Shown piece by piece: positions 37,062 to 47,388 of a DNA stretch of 63,343 nucleotides. The position numbers were made by a program, and so were the translations under genes. Position 1 is the stretch's first letter. Every line of letters starts with the position of its first letter. A model generated the notes under the pieces. The model was given only the letters and a program-made list of their open reading frames with translations. It was not told the origin of the DNA and did not search any database. Source of the DNA: a virus (taxonomy: Duplodnaviria; Caudoviricetes); IMG/VR virus record IMGVR_UViG_3300033153_005229, positions 1 through 63,343 of that record; one strand, written 5' to 3'.

Positions 37062-37461
37062 TCTCCCTGGAAACGGCTACAACCAAATCAAGGAAACCAT
37101 CATCAACTTGTTTGTCCTTATATGAACGCTTAACATAAAATGGATTAGTATAACCTGGTAAAATAAATTTATCCCCAATATTAATAGTAACAACATCATC
37201 CGTTAACTCACTTACTAGCAAAACAATCACAGCATCAAAAGTTACTTTCAATCCTATCTTCTCTCTTAGGGCTTTCGATGGGCTAAAATTTACCTGTGCT
37301 GATAGTTCAGTATAGGTAGAACTATAAGCAGATGATTCGGTTACATCACCTGTAAGAGAATCTCTATTAGAGGGGCTATAAGGATAATATTTAACCGTAG
37401 TCAATCCAAAGGCATCTTTATGGACTGTCTTATATCTATCTTTCAGGAAATCAGTTGACAT
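37045..37461 (-). CDS. Head-closure (stopper) protein
   Basis: Position in the neck cluster; beta-rich, about 140 aa. Confidence 0.5.
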   Translation of the reverse strand: MSTDFLKDRYKTVHKDAFGLTTVKYYPYSPSNRDSLTGDVTESSAYSSTYTELSAQVNFSPSKALREKIGLKVTFDAVIVLLVSELTDDVVTINIGDKFILPGYTNPFYVKRSYKDKQVDDGFLDLVVAVSREIGSRG

Positions 37462-37788
37462 TTATAAACCATTATTAAATACTATACTATAAAGCAAGGC
37501 TATGAGGACAGTTGCAAATAACCATCTAAATATCTTTATCCAATTAGAATGGGAGTTCACCTTGTCACAGACTCCATCAACTTTAACATCCATCTGTTGA
37601 ACCAAGTTTGATGTTGAATCAGCCTTATCATCTAGTCCTTTTCTTAATTCATCTATCTTAGTTGTAAATATTTCGGTTAATCCATCTATCTTTGTTTCAA
37701 CCCTTACGATAGATTCGAGGTCATCCCTAGTAAACGTAATGTGGTCATTATTTTCACCCCTTGTCATATCACCTCTCCTAAACTGCAA
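37462..37788 (-). CDS. Coiled-coil + C-terminal TM protein (holin/XhlA-like)
   Basis: IVRVETKID...WLFATVLIALLYSIVF; start may be MTRGE further downstream. Confidence 0.5.
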   Translation of the reverse strand: MQFRRGDMTRGENNDHITFTRDDLESIVRVETKIDGLTEIFTTKIDELRKGLDDKADSTSNLVQQMDVKVDGVCDKVNSHSNWIKIFRWLFATVLIALLYSIVFNNGL

Positions 37789-38413
37789 ACATTCTCTTAA
37801 CTTTAAACATTGCTATAAGGTTGTCGATTTTAGTTTCATTGAAATACCCCGCTTTGTTTGCTTCTGCCAGTTTATATCGGTAGTTCCCAACCTGTTCTTC
37901 GATAATCCTATCATCTTTTTTGGAACTAGCATCTGTGGCACCGGGGAGAGCCCACACTACTATCATTTTACAGAGGCTCTGTATTTCAAAAGGTGTAGAT
38001 TCATCAGACTCCACAAATCCAAAATCCCCAAGGACTTCTATATTCCTCTTACCCGTAGGCCAAGTACCAGTATATTTAACCACCTTAGGATTATATCGTC
38101 CATCTGGAATGGAGTCCATCACAACATCATACTCAGTAGCTGTAACCACTTCGCCTGTCGTATGGGTAGCGTCATACGTGGTAATAGAAGTAATCGCATC
38201 CTCAGATACCGGAGGCGTAGGCAACCACAAAGTATCATGACCAGTCCCACTAATCTTCAAAGTTAAAGCAGAGCGCTTCTCGAAAAAGCGCCCTGTTAAC
38301 TTCTCAATAGTAGACTGGGCGAGAGCAATACATTCGGTAATCCGTTCTTTATCATACGGGCTGCCGAGAGTAAGGCCCTCGTTCAGCATATCTTCAACAG
38401 TTATATAGGCCAT
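37778..38413 (-). CDS. Head-tail adaptor
   Basis: MAYITVED...AQSTIEKLTGRFF...NIEVLGDFGF...TPFEI...EEQVGNYRY. Confidence 0.8.
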   Translation of the reverse strand: MAYITVEDMLNEGLTLGSPYDKERITECIALAQSTIEKLTGRFFEKRSALTLKISGTGHDTLWLPTPPVSEDAITSITTYDATHTTGEVVTATEYDVVMDSIPDGRYNPKVVKYTGTWPTGKRNIEVLGDFGFVESDESTPFEIQSLCKMIVVWALPGATDASSKKDDRIIEEQVGNYRYKLAEANKAGYFNETKIDNLIAMFKVKRMFAV

Positions 38414-38419
38414 CGTCTC

Positions 38420-38953
38420 TTATGAGTTATGGACCGAAGACGGAATCAATGAAGGACGTACTGTATTGTCAACCGTCTCAGTAACCGTTGTATCGGCCGT
38501 TCTCTTTATTAACATCGTACCAGCTGCTACCCAAACAGCTCCGGCCGGAAGTCCAGCTTCAACCTCAGTAATCGTAGGAACGGCAGCACCGGCAGTTGAT
38601 AGAGCCGGAGTTCCCTTCACAACCTTTTTTGTTACGACACCGGTAGTTGGGTGTTTCCAGAAAATTATAAGGTAATAAACTTCATAGAGAGATGCCATAA
38701 TATTAGCTGCAGCCTCACAAGCTTCATCAGCTGCGGCAGCAACTTCGAGAACCGTTCCATCCACGGCCACAAGTCCAGCCGTAATATCATACAGGTAAGT
38801 ACCATTACCAGTTCCTGTAAGTTGTGAACTTCCCGTAGTCGAAGCCTGAATCATTACGCCTTGGACAACCCGATTCTTAAATATTTCATGCTCAATTCCT
38901 TGACCTCCAACAATACCAAAGCCAAGCCTTCCAACATCATGTAATGTCGCCAT
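38420..38953 (-). CDS. Putative head decoration/structural protein
   Basis: Ala/Thr/Val-rich; strong SD; between capsid and adaptor. Confidence 0.5.
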   Translation of the reverse strand: MATLHDVGRLGFGIVGGQGIEHEIFKNRVVQGVMIQASTTGSSQLTGTGNGTYLYDITAGLVAVDGTVLEVAAAADEACEAAANIMASLYEVYYLIIFWKHPTTGVVTKKVVKGTPALSTAGAAVPTITEVEAGLPAGAVWVAAGTMLIKRTADTTVTETVDNTVRPSLIPSSVHNS

Positions 38954-39010
38954 TTTATATACTCCTTAATAAGATTTACGATTTGTTAACGAGGGATTTT
39001 ACATCCCCTA

Positions 39011-39445
39011 CTAGTCGTCATCCTCCTCATCTTCATCGTTTTCATTTACATCGTCTATTGCGAATGAACATCCTTCCAGGATATCAGCAGCCGACTTCTC
39101 AGCAATACCCTTAAGCTCAGTAAGTCTATCCTGTCCAGCCTCGATGATACCCTGAGCAGTTCTGTACCCGGCCTCAAGCAGGATGTTCTTAAACTTAACC
39201 GGAACAAACTCATCAGAGATATCTTCCAGGTTAATATCATCACCATCCAGCAAGTCGACGATTTCTTCGACTTCTACCTTAGGTGTTCCCTCTGGGACGA
39301 CTTCCATTTTCAAGCACCCATCTTCTTTATAAGTCTCTACCATCGGGTCATCCGACGTAAGGGTGAAAGTCCCTCCCCTCGGTAATCTACCTCCATCAAC
39401 ACAATAGAAGGCAGAGACCACTGTAAACCTCAATAATCTTGCCAT
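39011..39445 (-). CDS. Helix-hairpin-helix domain protein
   Basis: LLEAGYRTAQGIIEAGQDRLTELKGIAEKSAADIL HhH motif; acidic tail. Confidence 0.7.
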   Translation of the reverse strand: MARLLRFTVVSAFYCVDGGRLPRGGTFTLTSDDPMVETYKEDGCLKMEVVPEGTPKVEVEEIVDLLDGDDINLEDISDEFVPVKFKNILLEAGYRTAQGIIEAGQDRLTELKGIAEKSAADILEGCSFAIDDVNENDEDEEDDD

Positions 39446-39461
39446 CTCAAATCTCCAAATT

Positions 39462-39500
39462 AAAAAACAACCAGACCCTCCTCTCCCAGAGGAGGGTCGG
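39462..39500 (-). terminator. Intrinsic terminator after the major capsid gene
   Basis: GACCCTCCTCT-GGG-AGAGGAGGGTC followed by TGGTTGTTTTTT. Confidence 0.85.
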
Positions 39501-39529
39501 ATTAAAAGTTACAAATTACCTTCTATTGA

Positions 39530-40804
39530 TTATGTCCAAGTTTCAATCGGTGGAACGGCCACACGTTTGAATTTCACAATTGACTCCGGAACAGGTACCA
39601 ATACATCCTCCATGTGGTAGGTAGTGATTTCCCAGCGGTCATAGTCCTTGTTGTACTGACGGTAGGACCTCATCTCCATACAATGAACAACGATGATTGA
39701 TTTTGGATTACACAGGTAAAGCTCTGTCTCGTCATATACCTCAACGGTATAATCGCTTGCGGTGGTACTCACGGATGACTGTCCGAGTAATCCGGTCGTG
39801 TTTATCCGAAGAGTCGTATCGAGGAAACCGGTACAAATTTCATAAGCGCCGGTAGCCACCAGAGTAATCTTAAACTTACGACCAACACCAAGAGCAGCCG
39901 TTGGAATATGAGCAGCAGTAACCAAAGTAGTAAGAACGGCCTGTATATAGGTCGTTTCATCAGACACGGAGGTTGGGGCAATTCCTGCCAATCCCATACT
40001 GGAGGAAAGCTGAGGAATTATATTCTGACGCCGTCCCAGTGGTGGAGTCATAATCTGAGAAGTAAGGGCACGGTCACCAAGAGCACTCCTCATCCGCTCA
40101 GTTGTATTCACATTCGTTAGTGAATTATTCCAATTGGTTTCAACCCGACGGTTATATAGCCATTGGAGATTTGGGTCATTGGCGAACCGGTCTGGCATCA
40201 AATCTTCCATCGCGGCAAAGATACCTTGACCGAAGGTCTTACTCGCTGCATTGAATACGTTACCTGAATCAGCTTTCTTTCTCAAGCCATCAACAGCACG
40301 GAGCATCCGGTTGGTTCGAGTATTGGGGTTAAGGGTAGTATCACCATTAACAACAATGTTCGCCAGGTCATTACCAATAGCAGTAGCAAAATCCTGGGTC
40401 AGCTTGGCCTCGAAGTTACTGATACCAGCTGCAGCGGCTTCCATCAAATCCTCATAAGTAACATACCATTCAGATTTGAATTTCTTACAAGCGTAACTTA
40501 CTCTCCGAGTTTCCGGACGGGTTGTCACCTTGGTGCCATCGTTCTCACCGACATACTCGGTAACTGGCTCATTCAAATCCATTACCGGAACTGTGCCGGC
40601 TGACTGCTGACGTTGATAAGTTGAGAGCTGACTTAACCACTCATTCTGGTTACGAGTCAGAGATATCAACTCTTCAACTGCCTGTCTCGGCATCAGTGCA
40701 TCGAAATTAGCAGTATCGAGGGACAGTACACCACCAGCATCCTTTTGAATTCCCATTCTGGCAGCAAAAGCCTCGAACTTTTTCATCAGAGTTTTGTTAT
40801 CCAT
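39530..40804 (-). CDS. Major capsid protein (HK97 fold)
   Basis: LMPRQAVEEL...FATAIGNDLANIVVNGDT...DGLRKKA...MPDRF...NPKSIIV; follows the protease gene; terminator downstream. Confidence 0.88.
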   Translation of the reverse strand: MDNKTLMKKFEAFAARMGIQKDAGGVLSLDTANFDALMPRQAVEELISLTRNQNEWLSQLSTYQRQQSAGTVPVMDLNEPVTEYVGENDGTKVTTRPETRRVSYACKKFKSEWYVTYEDLMEAAAAGISNFEAKLTQDFATAIGNDLANIVVNGDTTLNPNTRTNRMLRAVDGLRKKADSGNVFNAASKTFGQGIFAAMEDLMPDRFANDPNLQWLYNRRVETNWNNSLTNVNTTERMRSALGDRALTSQIMTPPLGRRQNIIPQLSSSMGLAGIAPTSVSDETTYIQAVLTTLVTAAHIPTAALGVGRKFKITLVATGAYEICTGFLDTTLRINTTGLLGQSSVSTTASDYTVEVYDETELYLCNPKSIIVVHCMEMRSYRQYNKDYDRWEITTYHMEDVLVPVPESIVKFKRVAVPPIETWT

Positions 40805-40863
40805 TTCAAGTCCTCATCCTTTATTTAATTAAGTTTAAAAGTTTGAATCTGTTTTGTTGGTGG

Positions 40864-42228
40864 TTACTCACCACCGGTAAAGGAAAACGCGGTGCCGGCA
40901 AACTTACTCTTCTTCACTTCACCACCATCATCACCATCGTTATCATTACCTTTTCTTGGGCCAACTGATTTTTCCAGTTTATCCAATCGACCACTAATAC
41001 CGTCCATCGATTCCATCAAACTCTTAAGGAGTTCTTTGGTTTCCTTTTCGGTATCATCATTGGTGCCACCATCTGTGTCAGTCGACTTCTGCGTCTTAGT
41101 TGCATTACCGGAGTCACCATCATCACCATCAGTATTATCGGCCTCCGGCAGTTTAGTGGAATTGCCGTCCGGACTATCATCGGCCTTTTCCAACTTATCC
41201 AAACGTTTGTTAATCCCTTCAAGTGTCTCTTGTAGTTTCTTCAATTCTTCCATTTCTACATCCTCCATAGATTTTGATGTATTTTCTTTCTTACCTGCTT
41301 TTGCTTTTATTTTATTCATTTGAGCCGTTAGGGTCTTAATTGCTTTATCCATGTCCTCAATGATGTCCCAATTGGCTCGACTTATTTCCGCACCAGCTTT
41401 AGCCACTGAAACGTATCCAATCATAACCTCCTTAAACTGGTCAATAGTTAAAGATACAGCAGCAGCTTTATCAGTTATCCCATCATCTTCCACAATACTT
41501 GTTATACTTGTCTCCAATGACGAGAACATATCCCAAAGATTTTCCCTTATCTGTTTTTCCTGGAAAGCTTCTACAAAGGAAACACCTTCTTTCTTAATAG
41601 ATTGAATAAGAGTAGTAAGCTTCGATTTAACAGTCTCAACAAAGGGATTATCAACCATTTTCCCATCATAAGGCGACCTCTTTCCGGAACCCCCAATAGA
41701 GTACCCTGTTATTTCACCCTCTTCAATACTCTTCCAAATTTCATCATTTTCAACCTGAAGGCCAATCCACCATCCACCTGGGTGTTCCTCGGCACCATGA
41801 GCTTTGGCAATTGAACCATCTGTATCAATAACACTTTCAATTACATAACCAACACCATCAAAATATGAATGCTCCTCCGAGGTTCCTTGTCCCTGCTGTA
41901 AATTCTTAGCGAGATTTTTCATATATGAATGGCATGCCTTAACAACCTCTGTATCACTCATTACATCTCCCTGAAAATCAGGTAAATTTGGGATGAGTAC
42001 ATATCCGTATGTTTGTTTTAGGGCTTTATTTATGGTAGTAAATTGAATACCCTTGATTACCATCTCAAATCCTTCAGGGATGAAGTCATTTGATTTCAAG
42101 ACAGCAAATACGGCTGATGGTACAGCCGGAGATTTGGTCAACGCCAATTCTCTTACATCAACATCAAAAAGTTTGTTCTTCGCTGTGGGAACGAAGTTCA
42201 AATCATTCTTCTTTTTCTTTCCGGGCAT
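40864..42228 (-). CDS. Prohead protease (XkdF-like) fused to scaffold
   Basis: YGYVLIP...DFQGD...ACHSYM...IES...GGWW...IWKSIEEGEITGYSIGG; C-terminal coiled-coil/acidic scaffold. Confidence 0.85.
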   Translation of the reverse strand: MPGKKKKNDLNFVPTAKNKLFDVDVRELALTKSPAVPSAVFAVLKSNDFIPEGFEMVIKGIQFTTINKALKQTYGYVLIPNLPDFQGDVMSDTEVVKACHSYMKNLAKNLQQGQGTSEEHSYFDGVGYVIESVIDTDGSIAKAHGAEEHPGGWWIGLQVENDEIWKSIEEGEITGYSIGGSGKRSPYDGKMVDNPFVETVKSKLTTLIQSIKKEGVSFVEAFQEKQIRENLWDMFSSLETSITSIVEDDGITDKAAAVSLTIDQFKEVMIGYVSVAKAGAEISRANWDIIEDMDKAIKTLTAQMNKIKAKAGKKENTSKSMEDVEMEELKKLQETLEGINKRLDKLEKADDSPDGNSTKLPEADNTDGDDGDSGNATKTQKSTDTDGGTNDDTEKETKELLKSLMESMDGISGRLDKLEKSVGPRKGNDNDGDDGGEVKKSKFAGTAFSFTGGE

Positions 42229-42291
42229 AACTAATCTCCATTCTAATCTTCTTTTATATTATAGGGAGTTCATAGTAGATATTGGTGGTTT

Positions 42292-42921
42292 TTAAGATTC
42301 TCTAAAGGTTACCAGTACAGTCAGGCCAGCACATCCTGTGGCAGCGTAATCGATACCAAGGGTTATAACTTCGCCAGCAGTAAGGGATATGCCTGGATTA
42401 GTATCAGAATACATGTAGCGATTTTGGGCATCTTGTGGATAAATTCTATGGCTCCAAGCAGAATCGCTGGCGACCGTCAGGGCTGTTTCCGTAGTATCAT
42501 CTGAATCACCCTTTAAAATATGAACGGTCACATCTGAAGTATCAGTACACTTCTGCGCAATTACCGTAATCTTTACAATGGAACCAGCCACATCAGAACC
42601 AATTACCATCATAGTATTAACTTCATCCTGGTCAGCAGATATGGCTCCAGTCTTTTCGAATATCCATGTCTGGTCTACCTTGTGAGTATGGTCTGCTTCC
42701 ACAAAGTGAATAGTTTTTTGTATCTCTCCATCAACCACTACATCATAGATACCGGTTGCCAGTGTCGATACTGACCACTGACCATCGGCATCGGCTGTAC
42801 CTTCCCATGTAAGAGTAGAGGTTCCGGTCTCGTATAATTGAACTAGCGCACCCGCGTATACACGGACTATATCAGAACCTACCGCCAGTCGATATACGAC
42901 ATCATATAAATCAGCCATCAA
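42292..42921 (-). CDS. Putative virion structural protein (beta-sandwich)
   Basis: GALVQLY...TADADGQWSV...GIYDVVV; C-terminal LTAGEVITLGID...GLTVLV. Confidence 0.55.
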   Translation of the reverse strand: MMADLYDVVYRLAVGSDIVRVYAGALVQLYETGTSTLTWEGTADADGQWSVSTLATGIYDVVVDGEIQKTIHFVEADHTHKVDQTWIFEKTGAISADQDEVNTMMVIGSDVAGSIVKITVIAQKCTDTSDVTVHILKGDSDDTTETALTVASDSAWSHRIYPQDAQNRYMYSDTNPGISLTAGEVITLGIDYAATGCAGLTVLVTFRES

Positions 42922-43228
42922 CTACCTCCTCAATATCCGACAGGAATAGGTTTGGAACATCTTGCCATAGAGTCTGACAAAAGATACCCATAAAATTCAT
43001 ATCGTCTGTTGGATATTTATTATTATGTTCTACGTATTTATCCAGTCTATCATCCCCAACACCTACGGGAAAATTATTTTTTATCCTTAGTAAATCCTCA
43101 ACGTGGGACTTTAACTCTTCATCATCACAATCAACTACCGCTGTTTTGTTGTACCTATCATACTCAATTGTAAGTACATAATAATCAACGAATTTTTGAT
43201 CAGTAAAATGGAATTCTAAAAATTTCAT
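42911..43228 (-). CDS. Small acidic protein, candidate immunity/partner of the MuF C-terminal domain
   Basis: Starts 4 nt after the MuF stop; 105 aa, acidic. Function inferred from position only. Confidence 0.45.
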   Translation of the reverse strand: MKFLEFHFTDQKFVDYYVLTIEYDRYNKTAVVDCDDEELKSHVEDLLRIKNNFPVGVGDDRLDKYVEHNNKYPTDDMNFMGIFCQTLWQDVPNLFLSDIEEVVDG

Positions 43229-43231
43229 ATA

Positions 43232-45871
43232 TCACTCTGTAAATAGTTTAGCGAAGCCTTCCCACATGTCCTTATCCACATTGAAAAACTTAGTTCTGTT
43301 GTTTATCAATCTAGAGGTACAATTAGCATAGTACTGTAGACCTACCGTAAAATTCTTCTCTAGGTCCTTAAATCTCTCAATCGTTACCCCAAGTGCGTAT
43401 AACCTTCCATCATAGGCATTTTCAAAATTACCAACGTGTTCAGAAGAAGACCAAGTCTTTTTAGTTTTTATCTTCTTCGCATTCTTCCATGTTAACTTTG
43501 ATGTGTATCCCTCTCTAAAGGCTTTACCAAATTCATTGTGTTCTTGACTAGACCAAACCATGTTTGTCTTTGCTGCGAGGTCCGAGTTGGTTAACCCTAC
43601 CCGGAAATCGGTTGACAGGTCATCAATAGCATGTCCAAGCTCGTGGGCTATTGTAAATCCTTCTCTATACTGGTTATCCCCTTTTATCTGTCCTGTCCCG
43701 AAACGAACTTTAACATCTTCATGGTAATATGTTGCGCCGGCGTCCTTACTGTAACTTATCTTAAGGTTAGTCTTCTGATATTGATTTACCACCCTTAGAG
43801 GGAATTTCTCCAGTGTTTCCCTTAAGTTCTTTTCATCTATGGGCTTCATCTTCTTTTGCTTACTTATAAGGTTATCTATAACCCTCCGCTTCTCAATAAG
43901 CAATTCCTTCTCCGGTAACACCCGGCCAACCGTTCGATATGCCTCTTCTAGTTCCGCTGGCATCTTACCTTTACCATTCCACTTCGCGTGTTTCTTTTTA
44001 ATCTTAGCCCACTGACTCAAAGTAATCTGGTCCTTGTGATGAACTAACTCAACTCTCCTTTGTATTTTTGCTTTCTCCAATTTCATTACAGCTTGGTTAA
44101 GTTTTTCTATTCGATCAAAATGATATGAGGCCTGATGGAACTTATCATCATTTAAGCCATTTAACCGGAATAGGGAGTCTAAGTCTTTCTTCTTGTAGGC
44201 CTTTTCCATTAATTTCTTATGTTCCGGTTTGAATTTCTTCTTCTCTCTACTTACTTCGGATTTATGTGGAGGAGACTCTTTCCAGAACTTAGCGGTTTCT
44301 TTCTTAACTAATGATTCCTGCTCCTTGATAAATTTGTCAAGTCTGTGCTTAGTTGAACTACCATAATTATAAGTGTCAACTTCCTCCACTACAGGGGTTA
44401 CAGGTGGAGGAACTTTTACCGCTCCTTTTGGTGGAGGAGGATTACCGAACTGCCTCTCCCTCCTAAGTTTTTTTCTATACTTTGCTTTTTCCTTAGGGTC
44501 AGTCATCCCCTTAGGATATATTATTTTGGTTGGGGCATCCGGTTTAGTAGGTTTTGGTTTTGGTGGAGGGGGTGATTTCTTTGGTGTCTTTGGTTTCTTT
44601 GGTTTCTTTTGCCGGGCAATCTGCTTGTCGTATAATTCCTTTTCTTTGTAGTATTTATTCCACTTCTTCCAATTCTCTTTAAACTCTTTAGTTCCAGATG
44701 GATATTTAGAATAATCTAATTCTGGTGGTTCCTTAGGTGGTATAAGCTTTGGCTCTTCAGTCTGTTTTGGTTTTTCCTCACCTCTACCCATCTTCCTTCT
44801 CATCTTTGCTCTATATTTTCTTTTCTCATCCGACGTCTTTACGTTCTTTGGATATTCCCATTTAGTAGCAAATTGAGCCTCCATCCCCTTCTTCGGTTCC
44901 TCTCCCCGTTTTTCTACTAAGGTAGTTCGGCAATGGAAATGATATGGTGGAGCTATTACACCTTTAGCCATAACTTCTGCTGTACTCTTCCCCCTTATTG
45001 CCGAACGTCTTAACCAAGGCTGATTTATTTTTATATCTTCAGGACTCTGTGCTGCCATTATGGATTTCATCTGGCCTACAGCATTTGCAACTGGTATAGT
45101 TCGACCATTCATTTCCAAACATATAGAACTAGTTCGTTCATCGACTACAGCAAGGACCTCCAGGTACTTAATACCTAGCTCATCGTAGCTGCGTAAACTC
45201 CCGAAGGTCCTTGCTCGATTCATCCCATTAGCGGCAACCCCCCTCCAATAAGAATCAGGTTTCGACCTAACGCCCGGGTATTTCTCAAAAAAGTTTTTAA
45301 GCTCTTTCCCAATCTCTGCTCTACCAAGACCATCCTCCATCCCTAAAGCTATAGTCTCAGCAATTTTCTTCGAGCAGTGTTTGTTGTAATATCCTCCCAG
45401 CCAATACATATCATGTTTTTTCAACCACCTCGTTGCGTCAGTATCTATTATATCCCAATCAGCTTGAAGTCCAAAACGAGAGAAAACATCCTTCTTACCT
45501 TTTCTATATGCCTTCTTCGTATGTTTTCCAACACCTCCCTCAATGTTCTCTGAAAATTTGGTCTCCAATCCGTGCTCGAATATATCAAGTACATTTTCAA
45601 TCTCGAAGGCTGCCAGTTGTCCATCCCTCTTCATAAGTTCTCGGATAGCTGTATTAGTCGATTTCTTAGTCGCCTTCCCCCACTCAGTAAACAACACTTC
45701 AACCAAAGCATTCTCAAATGGAAGAGGTTTCCCCTCACCAGACTTACATATCTCACACCCACATATTTCGCCCAGAGTGTTGTCCACTATTTCGAGAGCG
45801 GCTAAAGCCTCGTCTCTCGTTAAACCTTCTGGGTGTAGGTTTAATTCGAGTGCTGTAAGTAGTGTATTCAC
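43232..45871 (-). CDS. MuF (SPP1 gp7-like) minor head protein with C-terminal HExxH zincin-like domain
   Basis: AVVDERTSSICLEMNG...APPYHFHCRTTL MuF core; Pro/Lys linker; AHELGHAID at 43631-43645. Confidence 0.85.
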   Translation of the reverse strand: MNTLLTALELNLHPEGLTRDEALAALEIVDNTLGEICGCEICKSGEGKPLPFENALVEVLFTEWGKATKKSTNTAIRELMKRDGQLAAFEIENVLDIFEHGLETKFSENIEGGVGKHTKKAYRKGKKDVFSRFGLQADWDIIDTDATRWLKKHDMYWLGGYYNKHCSKKIAETIALGMEDGLGRAEIGKELKNFFEKYPGVRSKPDSYWRGVAANGMNRARTFGSLRSYDELGIKYLEVLAVVDERTSSICLEMNGRTIPVANAVGQMKSIMAAQSPEDIKINQPWLRRSAIRGKSTAEVMAKGVIAPPYHFHCRTTLVEKRGEEPKKGMEAQFATKWEYPKNVKTSDEKRKYRAKMRRKMGRGEEKPKQTEEPKLIPPKEPPELDYSKYPSGTKEFKENWKKWNKYYKEKELYDKQIARQKKPKKPKTPKKSPPPPKPKPTKPDAPTKIIYPKGMTDPKEKAKYRKKLRRERQFGNPPPPKGAVKVPPPVTPVVEEVDTYNYGSSTKHRLDKFIKEQESLVKKETAKFWKESPPHKSEVSREKKKFKPEHKKLMEKAYKKKDLDSLFRLNGLNDDKFHQASYHFDRIEKLNQAVMKLEKAKIQRRVELVHHKDQITLSQWAKIKKKHAKWNGKGKMPAELEEAYRTVGRVLPEKELLIEKRRVIDNLISKQKKMKPIDEKNLRETLEKFPLRVVNQYQKTNLKISYSKDAGATYYHEDVKVRFGTGQIKGDNQYREGFTIAHELGHAIDDLSTDFRVGLTNSDLAAKTNMVWSSQEHNEFGKAFREGYTSKLTWKNAKKIKTKKTWSSSEHVGNFENAYDGRLYALGVTIERFKDLEKNFTVGLQYYANCTSRLINNRTKFFNVDKDMWEGFAKLFTE

Positions 45872-46233
45872 CCTAATAACCTACACACGCTCTTAGAGAC
45901 GACCCTACAGAAAGGAAATATATAGTCGTAAATAACCCAATGCCAAAATGACTTTGTTCTATATACACCATGCCGTTTTAATTCCCTTCTTTGACGCTGG
46001 TGCTGGAAATAGTCATCATATCCTATCCAAACACCCAACATCATTATACAATTCAATAACCAATCGGATAAGCTGGTTGTCATCTCCAAAAAGAATGCGA
46101 TTAGCCATATTATTATCCCCCAAAAGAAATGGTGTTTCTGAAAAAAGCTAAAGTCATTTTTTCCGTAAGGGTTACCTTGTCTGAAATACCAACTATCAAT
46201 TTTCTTCCAGATATCCTTAACTGACCGTAACAT
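45868..46233 (-). CDS. Membrane protein
   Basis: HHFFWGIIIWLI...GVWIGYDDYFQH; two TM segments. Confidence 0.6.
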   Translation of the reverse strand: MLRSVKDIWKKIDSWYFRQGNPYGKNDFSFFQKHHFFWGIIIWLIAFFLEMTTSLSDWLLNCIMMLGVWIGYDDYFQHQRQRRELKRHGVYRTKSFWHWVIYDYIFPFCRVVSKSVCRLLG

Positions 46234-46612
46234 TAGGAATATTCCTCACCTTTAACCAGCACTCCTCATTGTAGGTCAATGTATCTCCTGCCGAATCAAC
46301 CGTAATTTCAAATATAATTTGGTGAACCTCTTCATCGGTCTTCGAATCGGTTGAAACAATAATATTATCCGCAGCATCAAGAACCATTGCAAAGTTTCCA
46401 GTTGTCCCATCAAACTGAAGCCTAACTTCTTCTTGGTCTCTGTTATTTATTATACCATTAGTGAGTTGGTCACGGATGGTCATCTTACAGGAAACAATGC
46501 TAGCTAATGCAATTGGATTATCATCGAAGTCTTTAAACTTAAATTTAATCTTCGATGATGAACCTTTTCCGGGATTTAGATTATCACCTTCCGGTACAAA
46601 TTCCAAAGGCAT
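46217..46612 (-). CDS. Ig-like (BppU-N-like) structural protein
   Basis: IKFKFKDFDDNPIAL...KMTIRD...GNFAMVLDAAD...IFEIT. Confidence 0.55.
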   Translation of the reverse strand: MPLEFVPEGDNLNPGKGSSSKIKFKFKDFDDNPIALASIVSCKMTIRDQLTNGIINNRDQEEVRLQFDGTTGNFAMVLDAADNIIVSTDSKTDEEVHQIIFEITVDSAGDTLTYNEECWLKVRNIPNVTVS

Positions 46613-47388
46613 TATTTCTTCTCCTTATCTTTATCTTCCTTTTTCTTCTTCGGTTTTTCATTGGTAAGCCTCTTCCTTATCTCTGCTGGTACTGGGATAA
46701 TGGAAGAACCTACAATGCCCTCTCTAATGGCTTCCACTGGATAGTCCTTACCTGGGATAACATCTTTCATAGTTAAATATTCTTGACTTAACCTCAACTC
46801 AATCTTAGACACCTCTCGATGATTCATTTTCTTTATCCACTCATTACGACGCTCAAACAGTCTATATAAAGCCTCATCTCGGATGGCCTTTAGAAATTGA
46901 GTATCGTCCTCAGGATTCTCCTTAAATAGAAGATTCCTTAGTTCAGCTTCCACTTTGTCACACTCAATCTTAATAGCCTTCTTCCAACGAGCCATTGAAC
47001 GAATACCATAACATACCTGAGCTACATTGCGTGGACGCTTAACCTCTACAGTCCCCTCAAATACCCGATGAGTCTTAGTTAATTCCTGCTCATACATAAC
47101 GACATATTCCTCATACCCTTTAAGGGTTTTATGAATCATACCATTGCCATCAACAAGGGTTACAGAAAGAACGAAATTGTCACTAGGAATCTCGGGTATC
47201 AACTCAAGTTCTTTTTGTTCAGGGAGAAGAATACCCTTGGGATTATGCCAGGAAGCTACATCCCTTCCTTCCACAAGGATATTCTTCTCCTCTCCCCGAA
47301 CAATTACAGGTTTCTCTAAAATTACTATAAACATATTTCTATTACCTCCATTTCTCTCTGGGCTATGGATTATTATGTAGTGGCCCAA
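46612..47388 (-). CDS. Hypothetical protein
   Basis: Long ORF coupled to its neighbours. Confidence 0.6.
   Translation of the reverse strand: MGHYIIIHSPERNGGNRNMFIVILEKPVIVRGEEKNILVEGRDVASWHNPKGILLPEQKELELIPEIPSDNFVLSVTLVDGNGMIHKTLKGYEEYVVMYEQELTKTHRVFEGTVEVKRPRNVAQVCYGIRSMARWKKAIKIECDKVEAELRNLLFKENPEDDTQFLKAIRDEALYRLFERRNEWIKKMNHREVSKIELRLSQEYLTMKDVIPGKDYPVEAIREGIVGSSIIPVPAEIRKRLTNEKPKKKKEDKDKEKK

Noticed and set aside
42879-42886. ops-like GGCGGTAG on the - strand as the NusG-paralogue loading site
   Set aside because: A single 8-mer inside a coding region, lacking the downstream TG of ops; compatible with chance.
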